From contig MU271275.1 in the NCBI GenBank assembly GCA_021432655.1, positions 1 through 64,000 on the forward strand: a stretch of 64,000 bases of DNA. The letters are read 5' to 3'. Positions 37,344 through 49,025 of this stretch are shown one piece after another. Each line of letters starts with the position of its first letter. The first letter of the stretch is position 1. The DNA is from Atractiella rhizophila (lineage: Eukaryota). The notes below the pieces were generated by a model. It saw nothing but the letters and a program-made list of their open reading frames with translations, was not told the origin of the DNA and searched no databases. A program made the translations under genes and the position numbers.

Positions 37344-40112
37344 ATGTCAGAACTGTACAAAACATTGAACAGCCCCTCGGGCAGACAGGTGCGACTAGGG
37401 CTGCTCATTCTTTTGTTTTAGAAAGGTTTGATGACTTGTCCTACTCTAGATCAAAGTCCCTACTGGGCTCTTCATCGACGGCAAATTTGTGCCGTCGTGA
37501 GTTCTGATCTAACTTGCACACAGAGAGTATTGATGAACTGGATGAATCAGAATCTCAGGAAAGACCTTCGAGTGTGTCTGCTACGATTTGGATGCAGATG
37601 GAGCCTTAATTCATACTTGATGATAGGACGGTAAACCCAGCGACAGCTGAACCCCTCCTCTCCATCTCAGCTGCCCAAACAGAAGATGTGGATGCTGCCG
37701 TTGTGGCCGCGCGGAAAGCTTTCAAAACGAGTTGGGGGAGGAATATGCCAGGAGTTGAACGTGGGAGGCTGTTGCTTAGGGTATGTTGTTTTCTTGCTTC
37801 CTCTTCCTGGACCTGTGCCGTGTTTGACTTCTTGTTTCTTCATTCACAGTTGGCAGATCTGTTAGAACGCGATAAACAGGAATTAGCAGAGCTTGAGTCG
37901 TTGGATGGAGGCAAGCCTGTACACGTCGCAAGGTCCTGTTCTTCATCGAACTTCAACTACCCAGCTAATACAGTCTAAAGGGATCAAGACATAATCTCAA
38001 GTGCAGCTTGCATCCGTTGTTCGTGTTTCTGCCTCTCTTTCAGATTCAGAAGAGAAGCGATGATCAAATGTGCACACTTGCAGATTACGCTGGACATGCG
38101 GATAAAATTGCGGGCCAAACGCTGGAGGTGGACGATAAGAAATACTTCACCTACACACGTCAAGAGCCCGTGGGAGTATGTGGACAGATCAGTGGGTTTA
38201 CATCCTCCCTTTCCGTTTTGCTAAATACCGCAGAACAGTTCCTTGGAATTACGTGAGTTCTCTCTTTCTCCCACCCTCCGCTGACGCTGTGAACAGCCGT
38301 GAGCTGCCTTGTTACCCGATGGTTGAACGGATGTTGACCTAGCTGAGGAAGGATAATGATGTTGGCTTGGAAAATCGGCCCAGCCCTCGCGGCAGGTTGC
38401 ACAGTGATTCTTAAACCATGCATGTATCCCCTTGACTCATTCATCCCATGCTCATATGAGTGGCTGTAGCTGAAAACACCCCTCTTACTGCTCTTGTCAG
38501 CGATGCATTTTCGCTTTCCAGGGAGAGAGGTGAACGAAGGATTAGAAAATATGCGAGCTCATAAACGAGGCTCAATTCCCTCCTGGCGTCGTCAACGTCC
38601 TCCCTGGCTACGGAGGGGAGGCCGGAGCAGCTATTGCGGCTCACATGGGCATTGATAAAGGTGAACCACGATTACACCATGAGAATGCCAAAGTATTGAA
38701 CCTTTGTGTTGGCAGTTGCATTTACTGGAAGCACGTTGACTGGAAGGAAGATTATGAGTGCTGCCGCTAACAGTAATCTCAAGAAGGTAAGCCTTGTTTT
38801 GGCAATGAAGCGGCTATCAGAAGATCAAACTAATCCGACACCAGGTTACGCTCGAACTTGGTGGAAAGGTGTGCCACTGCTCATCAGGATGGAAGAAGTG
38901 TGACGGTTTAAGAATAGTCGCCGAACATCGTCTTTTCCTCCGCTGACATTGGACAAGCGGTCAATTGGGCTTGCTCTGGAATATGTAGGCATTTTCTTCC
39001 TTCTTGCAGGTCCTTGTTGATGGTTGGAGATAGTCTACAATGCTGGTCAGGACTGTTGTGCTGGTTCTCGCATTTACGTGCAGGATACGATGTACGACGA
39101 GTTTGTATCGAAAATGACCGAAGCTGTGAAGAATGTGGTAGTCGGAAACCCGTTTGATGTCGGCTCACTGCTTATCTAACGCCCCGAATGTGCTAATGAG
39201 CAGAGCTTAGGAAAGCACATTCTATGGGCCTCAGATTACGGAGACGCAGTTTGATAAGCTCATGGGGTATATTGAGAGCGGAAAATCTGTACGTTTGCAA
39301 AACTTCGTTACCCTGGTGGCTTAGAGACTGCACGTAGGAAGGTGCGAAAGTCACGACTGGTGGGTCGAGATTCGGGAGCAAGGGATACTTCATCCAACCA
39401 ACCGTGGGCTTACTGTGCCGTTTCCTGTCAAGACCTGCTAAACAATTTCCTTCAGGTGTTCACCGACGTGAAAGCGAGCATGAAAATTGTCGGGCGCTTC
39501 ATCCATATCCTCAAATGTGTTCTGAGACAGGGCTAGGTAAAAGAAGAGATTTTTGGGCCCATTGTCGTTGTTGGGAAGTTCACAAATGAGGAAGAAGCCA
39601 TAGAGCTCGCTAGTACGTCTTTCGACTACCCTGTAAGCAGGTACCAATGAGGGGACAAAGACGATACAACATATGGGCTCGCAGCGGCGGTCCATTCGAG
39701 TCTGTTTTCTTCACTGTTCTACTCCCAAAACGTAACAAGACTTTCGCAGATGATCACAGCCAAGTCATTCGCGTTACTGAACGTCTCGAAGCAGGAACCG
39801 TATGGGTGAACCAATATGGAGCATTGTGGGTCGCCAGTCAAGGGTTTGTAGTTATTTTGATGGAGGCGAATAGGTACAACAATGTCCCCTTCGGTGGATA
39901 CAAGCAAAGGTCTGCCCTTTAATATTGAATTCTCCAATCGTCTGACCAACTTTGACAGTGGGATTGGAAGAGAACTAGGAGCTCACGGTCTTGAACCGTA
40001 CTTGGTGAGTTTTTCGGCGTTCCTCATTCCAGTTCTGTGTTAATGCTGGCAACAGACGACGAAAGCTGTCCTTCACAACATTGGTGACAGGCTGGATTGG
40101 CCTATTGCCTGA
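37344..40112 (+). CDS. Aldehyde dehydrogenase (family 1/2-like), ~24 introns
   Basis: Spliced: MSELYKT...[10 protein letters not shown]...[22 protein letters not shown]...KPSENTP...FTGST...TLELGGKSP...GQDCCAG...EEIFGP...[16 protein letters not shown]...LDWPIA*. Confidence 0.95.
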
Positions 40113-40332
40113 ATGAAACAAGCAGAGCACAGAATCGTGTACATTATCGGCATTGGAGATGCAAACAAACGTCTGTTGGAGTCAGGGACATTCTGCTCAA
40201 ACTAAACAGCTCTGTGCCAGCAGCGCAATATTGTTTGAACCAAGCATGCACGATTGAATTGAGGGGACGATGCATAGATGAATGTGATTAAGAGACATAA
40301 ATAATCTCCATGCTCTACAGGGATGCGATACT

Positions 40333-41189
40333 TTTACTCCAAAGTGACCTTGGCTCCAACCTCCTCCAACGCCGCCTTCATCTTCTCCGCATCTTCCTTC
40401 GTCACATTATCCTTCAGAACCTGGGGCAAGCTCTCCACGAAAGTCTTCGCCTATAGCACCATTGCACCAGACCACACAACATCAGGTACATCACTTTGCA
40501 CCACTCCTCTCAGGGTGGGGAAGAGAAGGATAAACGCACCTGCATCAAGTTCATATCCGCTCTAACTCCCTTGACCGCCTTGATGACCTTTGCTTTAGCG
40601 TCGGCAGCTATCGATTCCAGCTTGACGGCAAAGATGGTCTTCTCCTTTGGTTTCTCAGGTGTGGCAGCTGGCTCGTCTTCCTCCACTGCTGCTGCTGCTG
40701 TTGGGGCGGCGGCTACTGGTCCGGTTGCGACGGGGGCGATGGCGGTGATGTTGAGCTTGGTCTGTGAGATTTACTCCAAAGTGACCTTGGCTCCAACCTC
40801 CTCCAACGCCGCCTTCATCTTCTCCGCATCTTCCTTCGTCACATTATCCTTCAGAACCTGCGGCAAGCTCTCCACGAAAGTCTTTGCCTACAGCACCATT
40901 CGCCAGACCACATATCAGGTACACCATATTGGAAGGGCGTTGGAGAAGGATAAACGCACCTGCATCAAGTTCATATCGGCCCTAACCCCCTTGACCGCCT
41001 TGATGACCTTTGCTTTAGCGTCGGCAGCTATCGATTCCAGCTTGACGGCAAAGATGGTCTTCTCCTTTGGTTTCTCAGGTGCGGCAGCGGGCTCGTCTTC
41101 CTCCACTGCTGCTGCTGCTGTTGGGGCGGCGGCTACTGGTCCGGTTGCGACGGGGGCGATGGCGGTGATGTTGAGCTTGGTCTGTGAGA
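40333..41189 (-). repeat. Tandem duplication of the last two exons and last intron of the mitochondrial L12 gene
   Basis: Copy B 40333-40769 and copy A 40770-41189. There are 7 exonic differences, and the internal introns are 89 and 72 nt. Confidence 0.95.
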
Positions 41190-42354
41190 CGAATGTCAGT
41201 CAGGACGATGTATTCAAAGTATTTTGCACTGGAGCTGCAAATAAAATGGCGGGTTGTACAAAATACTGTGGCACAGTGCTAACACCTGAATGATGTGCTA
41301 GGACAAGATCTTGATGCGAGATGAAACATGTTAAGTCAACGGACACAACATAGGAGCAACAACGCAGCAGTTCACATTCGCTTTGCATGCCAACCCTCGC
41401 TCACTGAGCGTTGATAAAGGCAGAAGCGGAAGAAAAGGTTTCTTCCCTCACGAGTATGGCCATTGTTGAAGGGAGAGGATATACGTGGTCACAATTGCGT
41501 CCAAGCTGGTAAGAGCAAATGGAACAAACGATGGTGCTGTTTTATCTACTTTTGTTTGATAAAAGGAGAGCAGGGGAGGTCCATCCACTTTGCCGCTCCG
41601 TTGCAATGTATGATTCAACACGAAAGCTACTTTCACAAAATGGTGAAAGTATAGAAGAAAGGTATGATATCGATGTATTCTTCATTTTTTCTTCTACGCG
41701 TACTGCAACTCATACCGCGCAGACAACGCTGTAGTGCGCCATAGTACAATCTATAGTTGCTTTCCATTTCGCTATTCTCTTCAAACATGCTGAATGAAAG
41801 TGCAGTTGCTATAAACACGAGAACGTAAAGGATATAGCTCCGACTAGACAAGTATGAGTGTATATCAACATTGCACTGCCGTCTAACTTTCATTATCCCT
41901 TTGGGGAATAAAAGTCAGGTTCAACATGCCAACACAACTAATACCGCCGCAATGGTTTTAGCTATGGTTTACCATCAACCGTCACCAACAGCAGGTCCCA
42001 GAAGCAGTACATGGAAGAACGAAACGACAAAATGACAGAGCATCACCGTTTCCTCTGGCAACCACCGCTGGAGCAAGGAAGAATACACACCTTCAAGCCC
42101 TCCACCAACCACCCCGCCTCGACGAGCGTCAACTTTGAAATCTCAGCAATAAGCCTGTTGACCTTTCCTCCATAATCCTTCGTTTCCGGCGCCTTCAGCT
42201 TCTCTCCCTTCTCGGCTGAGTTTGCAGGCGGCGGGGGTGTTGAGGTGGAAGCGGCGGGAGGAACTGCAGCTGGCGTGGCGTAGTAACGCTGGGCTTGCGC
42301 GTGGAGCGGACGTGAGCGCGAGAGGGTGCGGATGGCGGAAGAGGAGCGGTACAT
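40771..42354 (-). CDS. MNP1: Mitochondrial ribosomal protein L7/L12 (bL12m, Mnp1/MRPL12)
   Basis: Arg/Ser-rich presequence [47 protein letters not shown]...KAKVIKAVK...[13 protein letters not shown]...[20 protein letters not shown]. Intron 1 is 41182-42090. Confidence 0.93.
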
Positions 42355-42879
42355 GGTGCAGCTGGAAATGTCTTGGAAACTGAAAAGCGAGAAGAAGAGC
42401 CAAAGAAATTTGAGGACTTGACGACCCCTTGAGTCTATGAAATCGGCCCCTAGGCTCTGCATTTGAAGTTGATTTAATCTCTCTGCTGAATTTACTCTCT
42501 CGGCTAAGATAAATTTGCAAAGGAGGGGTGACGCGGCACGCTTTACAAGTCGAAATAAGGCATATCCTCTGTGTACTATAGCAGCCAGCATTGTAAGTCT
42601 TCCTGGCATTGAGGGAAAGAAAACATTTTGCCCGCTAGACGATGCGCCAGCTTAATCAATCGCCTCCATAATAACAGGTAGATGCAAGTGCATGAGCATC
42701 CTCGCTGCCTTTCGAGTTCGTAATAGCTACTATGTGGAGCGCAGGCTGGGGTGAATTATTGCTGCAAGTCGTAAAGGAATCGACCAAGGTATAGTGATTT
42801 CGATCCGAAATTTTCACGGAAAACTTAGACCCTGTCACAATTCTCGTTTTGGTGTCAGGGTTTCTGGTGGAGGAGTTAG

Positions 42880-43666
42880 TTGTGGGCTTGCGGGTTGCAA
42901 GACAAGTGCGTTGGTTGTGGACTGGAGAGTCTCCCTCTTCAAGTTACTGAATTTGCACTTGAATTTGCTTTGATCCTGCATACTCCACTCAGATGTTGTA
43001 AGCTTGCCTTGCAAAGTGTGGACTCAAACACTCTCACAGAACTCTCTGGGATTGACGACAGCCATTCCAGACTGTTTCCTTCGGTGGATCACTTGAAATG
43101 CCGATTACACTCTCTGAGAATCAAAGGGATTTGTTTCCATCTTGTGTATCCCTACTTCTTTGTTGCTTTACCCAACGTGACATACCTCAACGTTCCATTC
43201 GACCTGTTCATAAATCTTCCAATTTCTGAGCCTTTCTTCTGGCGTGTGCGCGACGGTTACAGCATCTGGCACTGGCGATAGATGATGATCTCACTCTTCC
43301 GAGCTTCCCCAACCTCAAGTTGCTGTCACTGTCTGCGTGTTCTCTGCATCCAACCCTGGTCCCACATCTTCTGCAGTCTCAAGGTCTGTCGACCCTGAAA
43401 CTGCAAGGCTTAAACGTAGACGGCATAGAAGGGTATCTACATCCCTACCCTTGAACGACCTGTCCCTCTCCTACCATCACTTTATTTCTAGCTCTTTTTA
43501 CAACCTAATCAATCAACACTCGGTCAAGCACCTCGCACTACGATATTTCGACGTGACTTTGGTCCGGATCCTTTGGAGGGGGGATACAGCGGGAATTACA
43601 ACTCGTCCAGCAGTCAGAAATAATCTGCTTGAATCCACAGTTTCTCCTGTTCGGGTTCCTCACTAG
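42880..43666 (+). pseudogene. Decayed LRR-like gene fragment
   Basis: LRR-like segments lie in shifting frames (LHSLRI, LPNVTYLNV, FPNLKLLSLSAC, LSTLKLQ, LNDLSL, VKHLAL) with no continuous ORF. Confidence 0.45.
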
Positions 43667-44075
43667 CTTTACCACAATCGCTGGCGAAATTCGCAATCTC
43701 TTTCGCTCTAACTTGAATGGTTTGCTACTGGAAATGCGTATACTTTGTCGGCTCGGATCAAATCTCGTATATTTGTTCTTTGCCAGAACTGACATATCCA
43801 TTTTTATATTCAATGACTGAATGAACATTGGAATATTTGAAACACACCACTGATACTGCTCACATTTAGAGTGCACTGCCTAGGTCGTGCTATTGAGAAC
43901 AAACAGAAAAAATAAGAACGATGTGAACTTCAAACCAACTCAAGAGGAAGAAGAATTCTTTTTGTGGACTGAATTGTGTCAGAAATTTCAAGAACAGGAC
44001 CAGTTTCAAGACAAGCGCACGCAGGAACCCTTTCGATCCATCATGACGGGAGCATTTATTTTATGTTGAGGCGCC

Positions 44076-44615
44076 TTATTGATCAGCGTTAGCTTTGAGG
44101 TGCTCGAAGAAAATGAGCCTATTGCCTTTCATTCCAACATTGTACGATTTACTAACGTCCCGCACAAAAACGAGAATAAGGTAGAGCGTACCATCTGGAT
44201 CAGTGACCAAGAATTGTCGAAAACCCCAAGGTCTCGTTTCCACTCTCTCGGTAATATCTATGCCGCTCTTCTCCAGCAACTCTTCTACCAAGTCCACACT
44301 ATTATCCCCTCCCTGCTCCCCATCCCAATCTCCATCAATCATCACCATCACCTCCCCGGTCTCCAGCTTTTCCTTATCTCCTCTAGTGAGCTCGTGCACG
44401 TAAAGGAAGATACCGCAAGCCGACTTTGGACCCCTGGAGACACTGGCATGCGTGGACGACTGAAAGTGGATTACGAATCCTGCCTTTTTGTACCATTCGA
44501 CGGAGCGTGGGAGGGAAGAGACAGCAAAGCGGGGGATAATCTTGCTGAACAGATTGCTCGTGGATTCTTGGAGGGATTGAATACGAGAGGCATTGTCAGA
44601 ATCCTGGGTGGCCAT
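44076..44615 (-). CDS. Glyoxalase/bleomycin-resistance (VOC fold) protein
   Basis: IIPRFAVSSLPRSVEWY...GF and ETRPWGFRQFLVTDPDG|NRLIF. One short intron; TATATAA lies about 70 nt upstream of ATG 44615. Confidence 0.85.
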   Translation of the reverse strand: MATQDSDNASRIQSLQESTSNLFSKIIPRFAVSSLPRSVEWYKKAGFVIHFQSSTHASVSRGPKSACGIFLYVHELTRGDKEKLETGEVMVMIDGDWDGEQGGDNSVDLVEELLEKSGIDITERVETRPWGFRQFLVTDPDGTLYLILVFVRDVSKSYNVGMKGNRLIFFEHLKANADQ

Positions 44616-44684
44616 TGGGTACGCTTCAGGGAAGTAGATGGGCTCAAGTTTGGAGCGATTTCCAGGAGAAACGTGAAGAAACCT

Positions 44685-44693
44685 CTTATATAA
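44685..44693 (-). promoter_or_regulatory. Probable TATA box of the VOC gene
   Basis: TTTATATAAG on the minus strand just upstream of the ATG. Similar elements precede the DHA1 gene (~14122) and the SDR gene (~27796). Confidence 0.45.
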
Positions 44694-47022
44694 ATGCCCC
44701 TTGAAATGACTTCGATCGGTGTGGAGGTTACGGTGTGCCGAACCATGATAATTACAGTAACTTACGGCGTCGTTCAAATCTTGTTGGGTGGCTTGGGATG
44801 TGCTTTATGTTGGATATACTCTGTGACTTAGGCAAGAACAGGGAGGACGGATGTACGGTTCCCATACACGCATAGAGATTCAGTGAGGTTTTCTTTAGGT
44901 TGTTTCACATCTACCTGCAGGAGTTTCTGTTGAGTGAGCTAGGAGCTTGAAACTTGTTGAGGAGAAGTGAATCAAGTCGCCGAGATGAGATGGAGGCATG
45001 CCTTGATTCGCAATATCGACTTAACTCATGAACTTGGCCTATCTTTCCTGCTCCTTGAATGCCGAACCACATGAAGAGGTTCCGAGTTTAAGTTCTACAA
45101 ACCGATGTTGACAGGTTGAAAGCTTTATCCATGTCTGGCACGAAGCAACTCATCATCGATGACAGCGCAGTGGAAAGAGTACCATTACTTTTCTTTGTGA
45201 CGTATCACATCCCTGTTATATTCTGCCGGGACCTTGCCTTGAATGTCACCATCACCAAGCAACAACTTGAACAGTTATTGGTGCCTTGGCACCCTGTTCA
45301 AGAACAGAATGGCATTTATCGCGTGCAGGTTCATAGCAGTGTCAAATCAATCATTATATTCCTGCAGTCCTTCAACGGGCTCAACTTGCTCAACTCAAAC
45401 AAGACAGCCCACTCCTCGATCCCATCACAAGCTGTGTCCCACTCCAGAACATGAATTATCGCTCCAAAGCGCGGTACTTCATTTGTGGGAAGCCCTACGC
45501 TTGCCATTCCGGGTCCTTTGGTGCTGCCGCTATCTGCTGGAGCAGAGCACTAGATGTGATGAGAGTGAGTTCGTTATGCACTTGTGGGATGGAGAGGCAG
45601 GTTGTTCGATCCTGCAAAGGGATTTCTTGAGCTTGAGAGTTGAAAAGAGGCAGAATAGGAGCATACGATCGTTCTGCATTGGACATTCTTAGTCTCTTGG
45701 GAAATCGATCTGTCTGAAGTGGGGATATATATCGCACGGTTGGGATAGGGAGGAAGGGCAAGAGATGTTTGAGCCGTGGCCGTGTCCGCGAGAGTGAGAG
45801 CTTGGACCGGACGAAACGCATGATGCAGACGCTTCTAGAGGAGGATGATCCCTCATGCTCTTGCTTATTTATAAGGACATTGGAAAGTCCAGCGCTCACC
45901 ATTCTGTGCGGAGCGCAGCGAAGCTTGGTCCCTCAGCTACAACTCATCCACCTTATCCCTTCCTCCTCCTCACAACGGAGCACGGTGGAGAGAATTTATA
46001 GGGCCGCGAATTTCGCACTTCCCTTCACACTTCTTAAGCATTCGGTGTTGGGGAGTGCATATTACTGTTATGCCACACACATTGTGACCGTAAGGATCAC
46101 AGGGAAAACTTTCCGTGCTTCATCTGAGGTACTTCCTAACGCACCATTCTCCATGATTTGTCAAAGATCTGCTCGGGTAAAGAACTCGTACATATTGTCG
46201 CTGCACACAGAGGTCGCATAAAAGAGCAGAAATTGTCTTCGATTGTTCAAGGATCAAAATGATGACTGCTGTTGTGACTTCAACTCTGGCCAAACCTGTC
46301 TTCACGAGCCAATCACCAATGCTCCGATTCTTTTCCAGTCGACACCAACCCGGAGTTGGGTTCTGCGGCTTCGTAAACCTATCTATCCCTATTGACTGGA
46401 GCGAATTCGTAACATTGTGCACATCGCTTGTGATTCCCCTTTCGTTCCACATTCATCGGAATGCAGCATTCGGAAACATGCGAAGGCATTGATGGCGTAC
46501 TCAACTTGATACATATCGCTCTACCGCCAGAAGCGGCAGCTAGTGGTCACGTTCACTAGTGGACCAAGAGAGACCGCTTCTGTTTCATCGACGCCGAATT
46601 GCGCAGAGAGAAAAAGTCACAGTTCATCCTAGTGTATTTGAAGTTTGAAGGTATGGAGTTATGCGGAAAGGCAGAGTTTTGGGAGGCGCAAGTTAGTTCT
46701 CTCTTCTAGTCAGTCAGGAAGTACTCGGGGATGGCTTCAGATTTTAAAATCCGAATATCTGATGCTAATTGTCCCGTTTGATTGTCAGTTTCTTCATTCG
46801 GTATATTCACAACTTCCCATATGTTGACAACTTCTTATTCCATCGAAGTTCAGATACACTAACCTTTCTGTCTGCAAATATTGCAGACTTCTCGCAATCG
46901 GACTTCCGACGTGACTTCACCATGACACATCTCCTGGTGTGAGTCTTGCTGACTGAGATCTACGACGATGATATTATCCACGGGGTTTTGAACGCTCGCG
47001 GATTCAGGAACTAGACCCTCTC

Positions 47023-48702
47023 ATGGAATCTATGATAGCGAACCCAGAGATTGCGCTGGCTGAACGACGATCAATTCATTGCCCGATGCAAAGCAACCAG
47101 CAAGCTGATATCTGTATACGGGATGAGAGACAGCATGCGCTCCCTCTTGAATCCAACGCCTCTTCCCTACCGCCCGTTGATGTTGGATTCCGTGCATGGG
47201 CGTTCGTCAGTTCTGCATTCATGCTTCAGCTACTCGTGCGTTCTTGGGGATCCTCATTCGGTTTGTCTGATTAAATCTCGTGAACCTCAAGTCTAAGTAA
47301 ATGTATAGGCACGGTTCAAGCCTACTTAACGACGAGCCCTCTGTTTTCGTCGGCTTCAGCCGCCAGCATTTCATCCATTGGAACGACAGGCGTGTGCCTG
47401 CAGTATTGTTGCCTGCCTTTTATCATGGCGTGGTACAAACGCAATCCGCGGCGGATCCAGACGACCATGAAGATTGCACTTGTGATTAGCGCTGCAAGTT
47501 TGTTTGTTAGCAGCTTCAGCAACTCGGTTCGACCCTCTGACCTCCATACACCATACGTAACTAACTGAGTATGATATGAAAGGTGTGGCAATTGATGCTC
47601 ACGCAAGGACTTCTATGGGGAGTGTCATCGTCTATCCTGTAGGGCTTGCTCCTTCAGTCAACGGAGATTAATTCCCTGTTTCTGATTGAAGGCAATCTCC
47701 TGTCCTCCTCTATCTATCCGAGTGGTTTTCAACTCGTCGTGGCTTGGCTGGAGGCATCATTTTTGGAGCGTCTGGCGTTGGAGGTGCCATCGTCCCTCCA
47801 TTTTTGGGATTCCTACTTGGGACGGTTAAATTTGCATGGGCAGTTCGTATCTGGGCAGGACTGTACTTTGTCTTGGGAACGCTCAGCCTATGGCACACGA
47901 AACCAAGGATTCCGCCATCTTCTCGCTCTCCCACAGAAGAGAGGGACAACGAAATAGGCAGAAGTAACAACCCTGACTGGAGCCGGAAGGGAGCTCTCAA
48001 GGCATTTAAAGAGGGGGCGGAAATCTGGGGCAATCCGTTGTTTCTTCTCATTGTTCGTACTTCCTTAACAACCCCTGATTATGGATAATTATGAATTGAT
48101 GGAGTTGGTGAACATCTCAGGCAATTACGGTTTCCCTTCAGTCAATCGCAACCTTTCCTGTCTCCTTTCACCTGCCCACCTACGCATCTACACTTGGATA
48201 CCCCTTTGTCACCTCCACGCTGGTTCTGAGTGCATACAACATTGCCGCCACCACATCGTATATCCTCATCGGTTATCTTACCGACAAAATTGATTTCCGC
48301 ACTCTGCTCATCTTCACCTCTGTTTTTGCCTCTATCTTCTCTTACATTGTCTGGGGGTTCGCTCAAGATCTTGCTCTAACTTTTGTCTTCGCTTCAGGCT
48401 TTGGGGTATTGATAGGAGGAGTTGGTGCCATCTGGCCCGCAGCAGGGACGCAGATCGTCCGTTCCGTGTCTGAAGGAGGAGGCATTGCACACTTCGACAG
48501 CAACTCCATCTTTTCTCTTCTTTCAACTATCAAGGGTATTGCAGCGCTGGCAGGCCCACCTCTCGCTAGCCTATTATATCAACCCACCACTCAAGAGCGT
48601 ATGTATGGTGCGTACGGGTTTCAAAACATCACAATCTTCGTGGGGAGTTTGTTGCTTGGAGCCGGAATTGTGAGTGCAGGAACACGGCTCCTGAAGCATT
48701 GA
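47023..48702 (+). CDS. MFS monocarboxylate-porter-like (MCH/MCT) transporter, intact
   Basis: Five exons in frame: LPPVDVGFRAWAFV, EWFSTRRGLAGG, WAVRIW, LAGPPLASLLY. Intron positions are the same as in 10200-11821. Confidence 0.9.
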
Positions 48703-49025
48703 AACAATAATAGGAACTGACACGGTGTCTCGTCATGCTCGATGTTTTGCGCGGAATGAAAAGATTTCAGCAGCCGTTGTCACAAAATCCGATGATACCG
48801 TTGCGAATATCGAATGCTGCTGTCAAAACGATTGTTACATAGTGGGTAATACTCCATCACATCCCATAACTTGAAGAAACTGCAATCAATCCCTGGTATC
48901 CTTGAGAAGCTTGATAAATAAGTAAGTATCATAAGAGAAACCGAAATTGAAACATATTTTGTTAAGTGGAGCGCCAGAAAAGGGAAGTCACACAATGAAT
49001 AACAGGCAGAGGGATCCAAACTCGA

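Noticed and set aside
40496..41293. 265-aa plus-strand ORF with an internal repeat
   Set aside because: It is the antisense shadow of the duplicated L12 exons.
41430..41975. snR30/U17-like m1/m2 motifs or a 12-nt telomere template (AAACCAT twice) in the L12 intron
   Set aside because: The motifs are mismatched or in the wrong order, no ACA box follows, and the AAACCAT copies are buried in a hairpin.
44126..44191. Read-through of the VOC intron as coding (233-aa ORF)
   Set aside because: The segment has a GT donor and AG acceptor and interrupts the conserved DPDGN motif, so it is a stop-free intron.
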